Shown: positions 9,079-18,596, numbered from the stretch's first letter. The stretch: 64,000 nucleotides of DNA from Acidobacteriota bacterium (GCA_965237715.1 CBDEGM010000002.1:422-64421), one strand, 5' to 3'. Made by a program: numbers and translations. The notes: generated by a model not told the origin, from the sequence alone.

Positions 9079-9747
9079 TGGCCAATCCCCCTTCCCTTCT
9101 ACAAGGTATAGATGCAATTCTTGGGAGGAAAGTCAATGTGTTTCTCGTTTTTCTTGCTTCTCCACTTCCTGTGATTCAACTGTAACACATAGATATGTAA
9201 AGAATTACAGGTTTAGGACAATTAAGACAAAATGGCTGTCCTAGTTGTCCTAATCGGGATCCAGTTCCCTCTTCACGCCCTTGCAGGCATCCTTGACGAC
9301 GTTCGTAAACCGTATAGTCTCTCCGGCGTAAACAACCTCTTGGTCTTCGTTCAGCCGGATCACCCTCACGTTTACATTGTTCTGATCCCATGCAGAACGA
9401 CCAGAAAAGAGAAGCTCCTTTGCTTACGGAAGATCTTATTGCCAAGAAGCGAGGATCACAACGCCGATTTATCTCTCTTGCTTAGGGTGGAGCGAGAGAA
9501 TTAAGCGAGATTTGGCAGAATATAAGGCCGACCTTTCCGGCATCATGATAGGAGTAGTTAATAGGATCGATCCGTGCCCTTTGATCTCATGAGGGGGTGT
9601 AAAGAAAAGTTACCCTGTGTAACTTCTCCCTCAAAATGGCCCAAAACGACACACAAATGGAAACATTTTGGAAACATCGGCTGAATTTGAGGTGCTTGAG
9701 TTTATTGCTAGTAGGTGCCTAAGTATTGTGAAGACAGAAGATCAGGT

Positions 9748-9824
<77 letters not shown>

Positions 9825-9904
9825 GCAAAAAGATATCGAAATTCCTCGTCCTTGTCAAGTCGAGCCGCCCCCATGGTTGCAGCAGCGGGGAGAGCGTCGA
9901 ACCG

Positions 9905-10723
9905 CTATTGCGCTGTTGTCTCGTCCTTCGCCTTTTCCTCCTTCCCTTGCTCCGTCTCCTTGACATCCTTCACGCAGCGGAAACCGACACCGAATTGAGA
10001 CTTGGGGTAAAACCCACCTCGCCCCCAAAGAGACATGCTGGCACCCATCATCGCGTAGGAGCCCCCGCGAACCACCATGTAACCCTGCTGGAATGCGGTA
10101 TCACCGGGTACGGGGCTGCCGGGATAGGGTTTGAGCTTGTCGACTGTCCATTCCATCACGTTCCCCATCATGTCGTAGGCCCCATAAGAGCTCTTGTCTG
10201 TCTCAATCTGCCCAACCTCCACCGTGTTCTGGAATCCATACTCGTTACAGTTGGACTTGACGGGATCCCACTGGTTGCCCCAGGGATAGGCAAAAGCATC
10301 CGGGCCTCTCGCTGCCTTCTCCCACTCGGCCTCCGTGGGCAACCTTTTGCCCGCCCACTCGGCATAAGCCTGAGCGTCATTCCAGGTCACATTGGTCACG
10401 GGATAGTCTTCCCGGCCCAGGATATAGAATGTGCGCCAGTTCCCCTCAGGACGGTAGTCGCTCTGAGTAGTGAACCTCATCCATTGCCCGTTGGTCACTT
10501 CATAGACATCGATGTAGTAGGCAGGGAGCTCAATCTTCCTCTCCGGTGCGTAAAGGGGAGAGATGCCCGCTTTCTCTCTATCGCTCCCCATAATGAATTC
10601 CCCCGCCGGGATCAACACCATAGCTCCAATCTCAGGCCTGGTGGGCAGTGATACTTCTTCCGGTTCTTCCGCTTTGCACGAAACCAAAAGAAGAGAAATC
10701 GCCAAGTACGTTACCTGTTTCAT
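9905..10723 (-). CDS. Formylglycine-generating enzyme (SUMF1/FGE) family lipoprotein
   Basis: Lipobox LLLVSC at the N-terminus. FGE-sulfatase motifs are present (..YYIDVYEVTN.., ..PVTNVTWNDAQAYAEWAGKRLPTEAEWEKAARG.., ..GNVMEWT.., ..RGGS..). Confidence 0.9.
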   Translation of the reverse strand: MKQVTYLAISLLLVSCKAEEPEEVSLPTRPEIGAMVLIPAGEFIMGSDREKAGISPLYAPERKIELPAYYIDVYEVTNGQWMRFTTQSDYRPEGNWRTFYILGREDYPVTNVTWNDAQAYAEWAGKRLPTEAEWEKAARGPDAFAYPWGNQWDPVKSNCNEYGFQNTVEVGQIETDKSSYGAYDMMGNVMEWTVDKLKPYPGSPVPGDTAFQQGYMVVRGGSYAMMGASMSLWGRGGFYPKSQFGVGFRCVKDVKETEQGKEEKAKDETTAQ

Positions 10724-10740
10724 GACTTCTCCTTATGCCG

Positions 10741-10792
10741 TCTGGTCAATGGTCAGTTGTCAGCTGTCATTCGTCATTCGCCATTCGATAGT
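10741..10792. repeat. Degenerate heptamer tandem repeat
   Basis: TGGTCAA TGGTCAG TTGTCAG CTGTCAT TCGTCAT TCGCCAT TCGATAG. It overlaps the last codons of cca (..RMANDE*). Confidence 0.8.
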
Positions 10793-12140
10793 TTTCTCTC
10801 ACCCAGACTAAAGCTTCTTCCTTGGAGGCCAGTTCTCCCTCCAGCTGCAAATCCTCGACCGAGGTGAGGATTTCCGAGAACAAGGGACCCGGTTTCAGCC
10901 CCAGTCCGATCAAATCGTCACCATTGATCAAGGGCTGCGGCTGGATCGCTTCTTTTCCGAGCTCTTTCAGTTGATTCCGGCAGAACTCATAACTGGAGAG
11001 GTCACCGTGACTGGCCAGACAATCAAGCCGATGAAGCTCGAGGTGTTTGTCGATGTTCTCCTTTCTCAGGAAGCGCTTCAGCGTGCTTTCCCGCATCTCC
11101 TTGACATTGATGAAGTGCAGATGGTGCTCTACCAAATCTTTTACTTCCTCCGTCTGCTGCTTGGAAAGGCGCAGCCTCCGACAAATCTGCTCGGCCATTT
11201 CGACTCCCACCTTCACATGGCCATCGAAACGAATCCTTTCCTTCACGGAAAAGGTGGGAGGCTTGCCGACGTCGTGCAGCAGAATCCCCAGGACCAATGT
11301 TTCATCCACTCCCTCCGCCCGATCAAACATAAGACACATATGCTCAAAAACATCCCCCTCGGGATGAAACTCCGCAGGCTGGGCAACGCCTCGCATGGCG
11401 GAGATTTCCGGCAGAATGATCCTCAGAAGGCCCGAGTCGAGTAACAATCGGAGTCCGCGGGCAGGGGCCGGTCCGGTCAGGATCTTGAAAACTTCTTCGC
11501 GAATCCGCTCCCAACTCACCTGGGTCAGCTTTTCCGCGAAGTTCTTGACTTCCCGGTAGGTCTCCGGGTCAATTTCAAACCCTAGCTGACACGCAAATCG
11601 AACTGCGCGCAGGATTCGGAGCTTGTCTTCGTCGAAGCGTTGGGCGGCAGGACCGACGGTACGAATCAGCTTGCGATCCAGATCCTCTCTGCCTTTGACA
11701 TAATCCAGGATCTCATGGTTGAGGGGATTGAGAAAAAGCGCATTCACCGTGAAATCTCGGCGCAGGGCATCCTGGCGTGAATCGGTAAAGCTCACTTCGG
11801 TAGGGTGCCTGCCATCGAGGTAGCCTGACTCGCGGCGAAAGGTACTCACCTGGTACTGAGCGGAGTCCGTCACCACAACCACCACACCAAACTGTTTCCC
11901 CACGTCAATGGTTCGCCCAAAGAGACGCTCTACTTCTTCGGGAGGAGCCGAGGTGACCAGATCGATTTCGGAAATCCCTTCTCGGCCAAGCAGCAGATCG
12001 CGGACTGCCCCTCCGGCAAAGTAAGCCTCATATTGGTGGTCGCTAAGCCTCTTGGCGATGGCCAAAGCATCGTCCAAAAGAGTAGGATTGATCCCCTGAA
12101 GAATGGTCAATGGTTGATGGTCAATGGGGTCACTGGTCAA
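10767..12140 (-). CDS. cca: CCA-adding tRNA nucleotidyltransferase with HD domain
   Basis: GGAVRDLLLG nucleotidyltransferase head, RRDFTVNAL, and an HD domain (LLHDVGK). The start is a TTG inside a heptamer repeat, so the exact start is uncertain. Confidence 0.9.
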   Translation of the reverse strand: MTSDPIDHQPLTILQGINPTLLDDALAIAKRLSDHQYEAYFAGGAVRDLLLGREGISEIDLVTSAPPEEVERLFGRTIDVGKQFGVVVVVTDSAQYQVSTFRRESGYLDGRHPTEVSFTDSRQDALRRDFTVNALFLNPLNHEILDYVKGREDLDRKLIRTVGPAAQRFDEDKLRILRAVRFACQLGFEIDPETYREVKNFAEKLTQVSWERIREEVFKILTGPAPARGLRLLLDSGLLRIILPEISAMRGVAQPAEFHPEGDVFEHMCLMFDRAEGVDETLVLGILLHDVGKPPTFSVKERIRFDGHVKVGVEMAEQICRRLRLSKQQTEEVKDLVEHHLHFINVKEMRESTLKRFLRKENIDKHLELHRLDCLASHGDLSSYEFCRNQLKELGKEAIQPQPLINGDDLIGLGLKPGPLFSEILTSVEDLQLEGELASKEEALVWVRENYRMANDE

Positions 12141-12172
12141 TGGTCATTGGTTAGCCGGTCAACTGGTCAGCC
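12112..12172. repeat. Heptamer tandem repeat (TGGTCAA type)
   Basis: aatGGTCAATGGTTGATGGTCAATGGGGTCACTGGTCAATGGTCATTGGTTAGCCGGTCAACTGGTCAG. It covers the cca start codon region. Confidence 0.8.
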
Positions 12173-12176
12173 CTTG

Positions 12177-13310
12177 TCACGCCTTCAGCTTGTTCAGCTG
12201 CTTGGTCCAACCGAAATTCGGAAAAGCACGGTTGCACCAATCCCGATAGAACTTGAACTTGTCCGTCTCGTTGAGATTGTAGTAGCTGAGAGCCAGGTTC
12301 GAGAGCATGATCTCCATATGGGGGAATTCCTGGGAAATCTTCAGCGTTTTTTCGCCTTCACGCGCGGCTTCCTGAAACCGACCCAGGGCGTAAAGATTGT
12401 TCGTGAGATAGCCGCGAACGTCAGCCAACTCCTCCTTCTCCTCCACAGGCTCCTTCAATCCTTTTCTGACAAACTGCAGCGACTTCTTGTATTCCTTCAG
12501 CTGGTAGTAGCAACGCGTGATCTCGATATAAAGCCAGCAGAGTGACTCCTCGCTGGAAGTGAGCTTTTTCAGATCCAGGATCTTGAGATAGGAGTCCAGT
12601 GCCATACGAAAATCCAGCAGCCGCTGATAACAGAGTCCGATATTGAAGTAAATATCGTCTTTCTGTTCAAACTCGGGGGCGACTTCGAGGGCACGGGAAA
12701 GGTATTCGACCGCCTTGTCGTACTCCTCCAGTTCGTAATGATTAATTCCCAGACTTTCGTAGATGTAGGCGATTTCGGGGTCATTGTTGGCAATCAATGA
12801 AATGGCGCGAGTACTGTATTCAATGGCCTCACGGTTTTCGCCCCCTTCCTCGTAATTTCGGCTGATTCCTGACAACAACATCCACTGGACTTCCCGGTCG
12901 AGATGATCGAGATACTCTAGAGCCGCGAGTCTGGCTTCCAGGGACCTGCTATTCTCGCCGCTGTACTCATGTAGGGATCCCAGAAAAAAGTGAACCAGGC
13001 CGTACATTTCGGGAAGGAAGTCGGGCTCCTCCAACCGAAACATCTCTTTGGCCGACAGTAGTGCCTTACGAGCTCCCTGATCCTGGTGCTGGAGGTAGTA
13101 ACAGATTCCCTTCTGGCCGAGGTAGTAGGCTCGGAGATTCCCTCCTGGCGCCAGGGACTCCCCTTTCCCATAATATTTCAGTGCCTTTTGATAGTTTTCC
13201 TTGTCGTAATAGTAGCTGGCGATTTCATCGAGGAGGTCGAGCTTGCGCTCTACCGTCTTCGCCGTCTTTAACTCTGCCTCGAGCTTTCTGACATCCATAA
13301 CAGTAACCAC
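12177..13310 (-). CDS. Tetratricopeptide repeat protein
   Basis: 377 aa with repeated A..Y......Y..A...Y..AL TPR-like 34-mers throughout. Confidence 0.8.
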   Translation of the reverse strand: MVTVMDVRKLEAELKTAKTVERKLDLLDEIASYYYDKENYQKALKYYGKGESLAPGGNLRAYYLGQKGICYYLQHQDQGARKALLSAKEMFRLEEPDFLPEMYGLVHFFLGSLHEYSGENSRSLEARLAALEYLDHLDREVQWMLLSGISRNYEEGGENREAIEYSTRAISLIANNDPEIAYIYESLGINHYELEEYDKAVEYLSRALEVAPEFEQKDDIYFNIGLCYQRLLDFRMALDSYLKILDLKKLTSSEESLCWLYIEITRCYYQLKEYKKSLQFVRKGLKEPVEEKEELADVRGYLTNNLYALGRFQEAAREGEKTLKISQEFPHMEIMLSNLALSYYNLNETDKFKFYRDWCNRAFPNFGWTKQLNKLKA

Positions 13311-13320
13311 GCGTATGGTA

Positions 13321-13392
13321 GCACTGGCAACTTACAGCTGACAACTGTTGGGCCGACCGCTACCGCGGTCGGCCCACTGCCACTGCCACCAC
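13321..13392. repeat. Short repeat cluster (CAGCTGACAACTG, hairpin, CCACTG hexamers)
   Basis: gcactggcaacttacagctgacaactgttg...cccactgccactgccaccaccc. Confidence 0.6.
13350..13375. terminator. GC-rich hairpin (possible terminator)
   Basis: GGGCCGACCGC-tacc-GCGGTCGGCCC, an 11-bp perfect stem. There is no U-tract on either strand. Confidence 0.25.
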
Positions 13393-13691
13393 CCTATCGA
13401 TTGAGCCCCGCACTTGCAATCTCACAAACTGTTATGAACTTCGGTATTTTCGAGAGGCAGCAAGCGGGGAATCGGGTGGCATGCACGAAGTCGGAATGCG
13501 GAAGGAGCCTCAGGCTCCGAATGGGCGGAGAAACTCCACCCTCACCGGTTCTTGATTTCCTTGCAGTTCGGCACCTGAGGTGCCTCCCACGTTGAAGGCG
13601 TCTTTCCAGTTCACCGCTCGCAGGCAATGGCATCAGCAGGTTGCAAAATTGTGTAGAGACTCTGAACACACTGCTGAAATCGATAGGCCAG

Positions 13692-13736
13692 GGTCAGTTG
13701 TGAGTTGTCAGTTGTAGTCAGTTGTCAGTGGTCAGC
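13692..13736. repeat. Heptamer tandem repeat (GTCAGTT type)
   Basis: GTCAGTT GTGAGTT GTCAGTT GTA GTCAGTT GTCAGTG GTCAGCC. It overlaps the 3' end of the 13718-14410 CDS (..GLTTDN*). Confidence 0.8.
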
Positions 13737-14410
13737 CCGGTCAAGAGGGTGGCCTTTCCCGGCTCGATCTTGATCACCTTGATGCCGTAAGGCATCTGGA
13801 AGAAATCGGTGGGATCAAAGGGAGGATCCTGTCTTTTCCCCAACGCACTAAGAATGAAGCTCACAATGGAGACGGGAACCGTCGTACCATTGATTCGAGT
13901 CGCCTCCAGAATCAAGGTTCCCTTCCCGTTTTCTACAACCAGGCGGCCTTCCAGCTCGAGGGTCGCCTGACCGCTCAAGAGTACCCTGAAGAGCTCCAAG
14001 GTCAGAGGGTTGCCCTTCATTTCCACTTCATCCATGTCCAGGGTCAGTGCGCTTGCGAAGGAGTCGTCTCTGAACCGGACCCGAAGAGCCTGGACATCCT
14101 TGCGTGCCTCTTCACGGAGGCGCTCCGCCAGGAAGGCGTTCATTTCCGGCTCGGTCACCGTGTAAGCCCTGGGAACAAGGTTTCCAGAGGCGTGGTTTCG
14201 TACCAGTTCCTCCAAAACCCGCTCTACCTTTCGCGCTCCAGGATCTTTCAAGGGACTGGTACCAGAGGCTTGGTGGGCTTGGGCGTCCCTGTCCGGCCGC
14301 TCTTCGCCCAGCCGGACTCCCGGCGAAAGAATCAGCAGGGGAAGAATGACGACATAGAATCGAGCACGAATCATCACCATACTACAGTTCTCGTTCCTTT
14401 TTCTGGACAT
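13718..14410 (-). CDS. Hypothetical secreted protein
   Basis: 230 aa with an N-terminal hydrophobic signal-like segment (FYVVILPLLILSPGVRLG). No catalytic motif was recognised. Confidence 0.55.
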   Translation of the reverse strand: MSRKRNENCSMVMIRARFYVVILPLLILSPGVRLGEERPDRDAQAHQASGTSPLKDPGARKVERVLEELVRNHASGNLVPRAYTVTEPEMNAFLAERLREEARKDVQALRVRFRDDSFASALTLDMDEVEMKGNPLTLELFRVLLSGQATLELEGRLVVENGKGTLILEATRINGTTVPVSIVSFILSALGKRQDPPFDPTDFFQMPYGIKVIKIEPGKATLLTGLTTDN

Positions 14411-15731
14411 CGCCGATCGACTCGAAAACAGCGGCCGGAGCCTCCTCCACAGTTGGAAACAGGTAACGCAGCAAAATGGGGGTGACCATAGTGGTCACAA
14501 GAACCATGATCACCATCACGGAAAAGAGCTTCTCATCAATGATACCCCTGGAGAGTCCCACGCCGGCTATAATCAGGCCCACCTCTCCTCGACTCACCAT
14601 TCCCACACCCACTCGAAGAGATTGCATAGCGGTGAAGCCCGTGGTCTTGGCCCCAAGGAAGCAGCCCACGACCTTGCTGGCGATGGCCAGGCTTACAATG
14701 GTGATGAGGAAGGTGACTTCTCCTCCCAATTCCCTCGCGTTGGCCTGAAGACCAATGCTCACAAAGAAAATGGGGACGAAGAGCGAGTAGGTCAGTGGGT
14801 GGATGTCGCGGTTAATCTCATCCTTCCAACGGGTCTGGGCCAGCAGGACGCCCGCCATGTACGAGCCTGTGATCGCCGCCAGGTGTGCGAAGAATTCTGC
14901 AGCCCAGGCATAGAAAAAGGCAATCACCAGAACAAACGCCAGCAGGGCCTGGCTTGCCGGAAAATGGCGGATGCGCCCACACCATCTTTCAAGATACCTT
15001 CTACCCAGAAACCAGAAAATGATGAAGTAGGCCGCCATTCGCACCATGATCCAGAGAATTTCTCCTATTCCTCCGGCCCCTGCACTGCCCACCGCCCTGG
15101 CGGCCGACAAAGCGGTCACAATCCCCAGCAGGATAATTCCCAAGACGTCGTCAATGACCGCCGCACCGAGAATCGTGGTTCCCTCACGAGAGCGAAGCAC
15201 CTTGAGCTCCATCAAAGTCTGGGCCGAAATGGACACGGATGTGGCAGTCAAAATCGTGCCGATGAAGATGGCTTCCCAATACAAGGGATACCCGAAGTAC
15301 GTGCTGGCCAATCCTCCGCAAATGAAAGGCAGCAGAAGACCTCCCAGGGCCGCCCAGAATGCTGTCTTCCCCACCCGACGCATTTCGTTCAGATCGGTCT
15401 CCATTCCCGCCACGAACATCAACAGAATGACCCCCACTTCAGCCAGATCCTTGATCAGGGTCTCCAGGTAAAGCGAACTGGGAGAAGCTTGGAGCAAGCC
15501 GGACTGGTGAGCGGCATTCAGCAAGCTCCCCAGAGCTCCGGCCGAGCCCGTCTCAAAACTCGCGAAGACACCCCACTCCAGAACGTTCAAAACCGTGGGC
15601 CCGAGGATCAGACCGATGCCGATCTCTCCGAAAACCGCCGGCTGGCCAAAACGCACGCTGATCGCGCCCGCCACCTTCGCGAAGATGACCACAATCATCA
15701 GGATCAACAACAATTGAAGCAGATGGTTCAT
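14382..15731 (-). CDS. Cation:proton antiporter (CPA2 / Na+/H+ exchanger family)
   Basis: 449-aa polytopic membrane protein with the typical N-terminus (..AKVAGAISVRFGQPAVFGEIGIGLILGP..) and the ATSVSISAQTL block. Confidence 0.9.
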   Translation of the reverse strand: MNHLLQLLLILMIVVIFAKVAGAISVRFGQPAVFGEIGIGLILGPTVLNVLEWGVFASFETGSAGALGSLLNAAHQSGLLQASPSSLYLETLIKDLAEVGVILLMFVAGMETDLNEMRRVGKTAFWAALGGLLLPFICGGLASTYFGYPLYWEAIFIGTILTATSVSISAQTLMELKVLRSREGTTILGAAVIDDVLGIILLGIVTALSAARAVGSAGAGGIGEILWIMVRMAAYFIIFWFLGRRYLERWCGRIRHFPASQALLAFVLVIAFFYAWAAEFFAHLAAITGSYMAGVLLAQTRWKDEINRDIHPLTYSLFVPIFFVSIGLQANARELGGEVTFLITIVSLAIASKVVGCFLGAKTTGFTAMQSLRVGVGMVSRGEVGLIIAGVGLSRGIIDEKLFSVMVIMVLVTTMVTPILLRYLFPTVEEAPAAVFESIGDVQKKEREL

Positions 15732-16915
15732 ATCGCTTTCCGCGCCTGTTTCGATCGCGAGCCCAGCTTTTCCAATTCCGCTCGCTGAAAAGTTTCCTGC
15801 ATCATTCTCTCGACATCGAGCTGCCCTTCAATGCGATCGATGTCTTCGGTCCGGGCTCGCGTTTCGGGATGACGAGGAACAAAAAGCGAACAGCAATCCG
15901 AATCAGGCAGGATGGAAACCTCAAAAGTGCCGATCCGGCGAGCAAGACAGATGATCTCTTCCTTGTCCTCTCCGACCAAGGGGCGCAGAACGGGAAGATG
16001 AGTGACGCGCGAAATGGCACGCAGATTCTCCAATGTCTGAGAAGCCACCTGCCCGATGCTCTCGCCTGTGACCAGTGCCTGAGCGCCTTCCTTGAAGGCG
16101 ACGCGCTCAGCCAGCCGCATCATGAGACGCCGGTACAGGATGACTCGAGTTTCCGCCGGCGTCAGAGCCACGATCTGGCGCTGGCATTCGGCAAACGGTA
16201 TCAAATACAGGCGTGATCCGTATTGATACTCATCCAGAATCGAAACCAGCTGGCGAACCTTTTCCTGAGATTCCAGCGTGGTGTAGGGATGACTGTGGAA
16301 GTGAGCGAAGATCGCCTGGCAACCCCGCTTCATGATCTTATAGGAGGCCACGGGCGAGTCGATCCCCCCCGAAAGTAGAACCACGACCTTGCCCGAAGAG
16401 GAAACAGGAAGCCCGCCCGGCCCTTTGAGCCGGTCAAAGTACAGAAAAGCATACTTTTCCACGATCTCGAGGTAGCAGGTCAGGTCGGGATCTTCGAGCT
16501 GAACCCGCTTGCCCGACTGATGAAGCAGAAAAGCTCCCAACTCCTGGTTCAGTTGTTGAGACGTCAGAGGGAAATCCTTATGAGCCCTGCGGGCATGAAT
16601 CTTGAACGTCTCGAACTTCATGCTCCGGACGAGCTGCCAGAGATTCTCCTGAAGAGACTCCAGATCCTGACTCGACAGCCAGGCGGGAGCACAGGAGGAG
16701 AGACCAAAAACCTTTTGCAGTCTGAGGCCGATCTCTTCCACCGGGGGGTCGGGTCCTAGCTCTATGATCAGGCGACCGGAAATACGGCGAACGCGGACAA
16801 AAGGAAGGCCCAGAAGTGCCTTCTCAATGTTCCGAAGCAGGCGGTTCTCGAAGAAGGCGCGGTTGTTCTTCTTGAGACCGATTTCGTGGTAGTGACAAAC
16901 GAAATAGCGCTGCAA
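15728..16915 (-). CDS. thiI: tRNA 4-thiouridine(8) synthase ThiI
   Basis: THUMP-type N-terminus (..HYHEIGLKKNNRAFFE..) and PP-loop SGGIDSPVA. I place the start at TTG 16915 because the longer ORF overlaps the upstream gene. The start is uncertain. Confidence 0.88.
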   Translation of the reverse strand: MQRYFVCHYHEIGLKKNNRAFFENRLLRNIEKALLGLPFVRVRRISGRLIIELGPDPPVEEIGLRLQKVFGLSSCAPAWLSSQDLESLQENLWQLVRSMKFETFKIHARRAHKDFPLTSQQLNQELGAFLLHQSGKRVQLEDPDLTCYLEIVEKYAFLYFDRLKGPGGLPVSSSGKVVVLLSGGIDSPVASYKIMKRGCQAIFAHFHSHPYTTLESQEKVRQLVSILDEYQYGSRLYLIPFAECQRQIVALTPAETRVILYRRLMMRLAERVAFKEGAQALVTGESIGQVASQTLENLRAISRVTHLPVLRPLVGEDKEEIICLARRIGTFEVSILPDSDCCSLFVPRHPETRARTEDIDRIEGQLDVERMMQETFQRAELEKLGSRSKQARKAI

Positions 16916-16925
16916 GGGGGCATCC

Positions 16926-17228
16926 CTAACGGATCTTTTCCACGACCATGGTGACCACGTTCTGATCACCTTGCTTCCTGTAGTAAACATGAACGTACGT
17001 GCCGATTTCGAAGTCGCCTCCCTTAATTGAGCTGGGCACCAGAACGAAAGTCTGTTCTCCCTTTTTGGTCTCGATCAAAAGGCCCTTCCCGGTGACGGAC
17101 CGCACGTTTCCATAAACGTCAAAAGTTCTCTCCTCGATCGGCTCTCCCTTGGTCCACAGCCTCCAGATACATGCCTGCTGGGACAGCGGAACCGCAAGGA
17201 GAAGGAGCAAGAAGAGGGATCTGAGCAT
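16926..17228 (-). CDS. Small secreted hypothetical protein
   Basis: 100 aa with a clear signal peptide, MLRSLFLLLLLAVPLSQQA. Confidence 0.55.
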   Translation of the reverse strand: MLRSLFLLLLLAVPLSQQACIWRLWTKGEPIEERTFDVYGNVRSVTGKGLLIETKKGEQTFVLVPSSIKGGDFEIGTYVHVYYRKQGDQNVVTMVVEKIR

Positions 17229-17254
17229 GACTAAAAATTAGAGTACGGTTTTAG

Positions 17255-17445
17255 AGCCAGATTCGAAATCCGAAGCACGAAACAAATTCAAATACCGAAA
17301 TTCAGACTACGGATGACACAGATCTCTGCGGATACTCGCGTATTTTGATCCGCGCAAATCCGTGATGATCCGTGTGATCCGCGGTTTCTATCTTTCGAAT
17401 TGGTTTCGAATTTCGTTTTCGCAGATTTCGTGCTTCTTGCACCAT
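17255..17445. repeat. Intergenic block with TTCGAA/CGAAAT motifs, three GATCCG(C/T)G copies and an 11-bp inverted repeat
   Basis: GAAGCACGAAA (17271-17281) pairs with TTTCGTGCTTC (17426-17436). The segment tgatccgcgcaaatccgtgatgatccgtgtgatccgcgg lies in between. Confidence 0.6.
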
Positions 17446-17476
17446 AGTTCGAACCCTGGTAATCGATTGTACCGAA

Positions 17477-17896
17477 TCACAGGATTCTTGCCAAAAACTC
17501 TTTCACCCTCTGCTCGATCTGGTCTCGAATCACCCGGAAGGTCGTCGAGATTTTCTCCGGGTTCCCTCGGGTTCGCGCCGGGTCGGGAAAAGGCCAATGT
17601 TCGCTCTTGAGGTGCGCAGGCAAAACCGGGCAGTTGTCTCTGGCATCGCCGCAAACGGTCACCAAATAATCAAATTCTTGCAGCTCCTTGGCGGCCAGTG
17701 CCTCGGAAATCTGATGAGAGATGTCAATGCCTGACTCATTCATCACCTGCCTGGCATAAGGATTCAACTCGCCCGGAGTGATCCCCGCGCTTTCGACCTT
17801 GATCAGATCCCCTCCATAGCGGCGGGCAAAGCCTTCCGCCATCTGGCTGCGAGCTGAATTGGAGGTACAAACAAACAGGATTCCGATTTTAGGCAT
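17477..17896 (-). CDS. arsC: Arsenate reductase, LMW-PTP / thioredoxin-coupled type
   Basis: CTSNSARS (CX5R P-loop) at residues 10-17, and the downstream Cys pair region VTVCGDARDNCP. Confidence 0.85.
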   Translation of the reverse strand: MPKIGILFVCTSNSARSQMAEGFARRYGGDLIKVESAGITPGELNPYARQVMNESGIDISHQISEALAAKELQEFDYLVTVCGDARDNCPVLPAHLKSEHWPFPDPARTRGNPEKISTTFRVIRDQIEQRVKEFLARIL

Positions 17897-17949
17897 GACT
17901 AATTTTGTAGTTTGAAAACCCTAAAAAATGTCTTACACTGCAGCTTACC

Positions 17950-18372
17950 ATGTCTCGGTCACTGCTCAAGCGGACTTTTCTGGTTCTTCTCAGTGTAACT
18001 CTGCTTGCGGCGGCCTCCCTTTTCGTGTTTTTTGTCTCTTTTCGTGTAGAGCTGCACGCCGATCAGCCACTTCAGCCAAAGGTAGAAGAATTGGCGAAAA
18101 GGCTCATTGCGGAGCGCAAGTGTGGAAACTGCCACACCTTGCAGGCTCGGGGCCTGGAGCTGAGCGGGAAGGTAGGTCCGGAACTGACCCACCAGGCTCG
18201 CCGGGAACGGTCGACCCAGTGGCTCAGGCACCAGCTGACCGACTCCTCCCCGATCCTGGATCATAGAGCAGCTCCCGGCATGGAAGGCAGGAACCGTCTG
18301 ATGCCAAAGTTTGACAACCTGTCCAGACGGGAACTCGCCGCATTGATCCAGTTCCTGACCAGCCTGGATTGA
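17950..18372 (+). CDS. Membrane-anchored c-type cytochrome
   Basis: N-terminal TM segment, a CGNCH haem-binding motif, and a distal Met (RLMPKF). Confidence 0.75.
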   Translation: MSRSLLKRTFLVLLSVTLLAAASLFVFFVSFRVELHADQPLQPKVEELAKRLIAERKCGNCHTLQARGLELSGKVGPELTHQARRERSTQWLRHQLTDSSPILDHRAAPGMEGRNRLMPKFDNLSRRELAALIQFLTSLD

Positions 18373-18422
18373 ATGTTGCGTGATTATATACTTCACACAA
18401 GTCAGACCTGTGTGATACACTC

Positions 18423-18596
18423 TCATTTGTGAGAGTAAGAACCTTTAGTTTCAGTAACTTCTCCGGATTCCTCAACAGCCTTCCTAAGCTTCTTGGCTGT
18501 CCTTTTATCGAAAACCTTCTCCATAACCTGATCATCGGTGAGTCGAGCCGCTTCCTCAGCAGTCATGTCCTTGATTCGTTTCTTTCTAGGAGTCAT
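18423..18596 (-). CDS. Small basic hypothetical protein inside IS1595 element no. 1
   Basis: MTPRKKRIKDMTAEEAARLTDDQVMEKVFDKRTAKKLRKAVEESGEVTETKGSYSHK. It is divergent from the transposase. Confidence 0.35.
   Translation of the reverse strand: MTPRKKRIKDMTAEEAARLTDDQVMEKVFDKRTAKKLRKAVEESGEVTETKGSYSHK

Noticed and set aside
10741-13736. Could the short tandem repeats be CRISPR arrays?
   Set aside because: The units are 6-7 nt and directly abutting with no spacers. There are no 25-40-nt repeats with unique spacers and no cas genes. No CRISPR array was seen anywhere in the window.
14622-15788. 388-aa ORF antisense to the cation:proton antiporter
   Set aside because: It is entirely contained opposite a clear polytopic transporter gene and has low-complexity, charged, non-protein-like composition.
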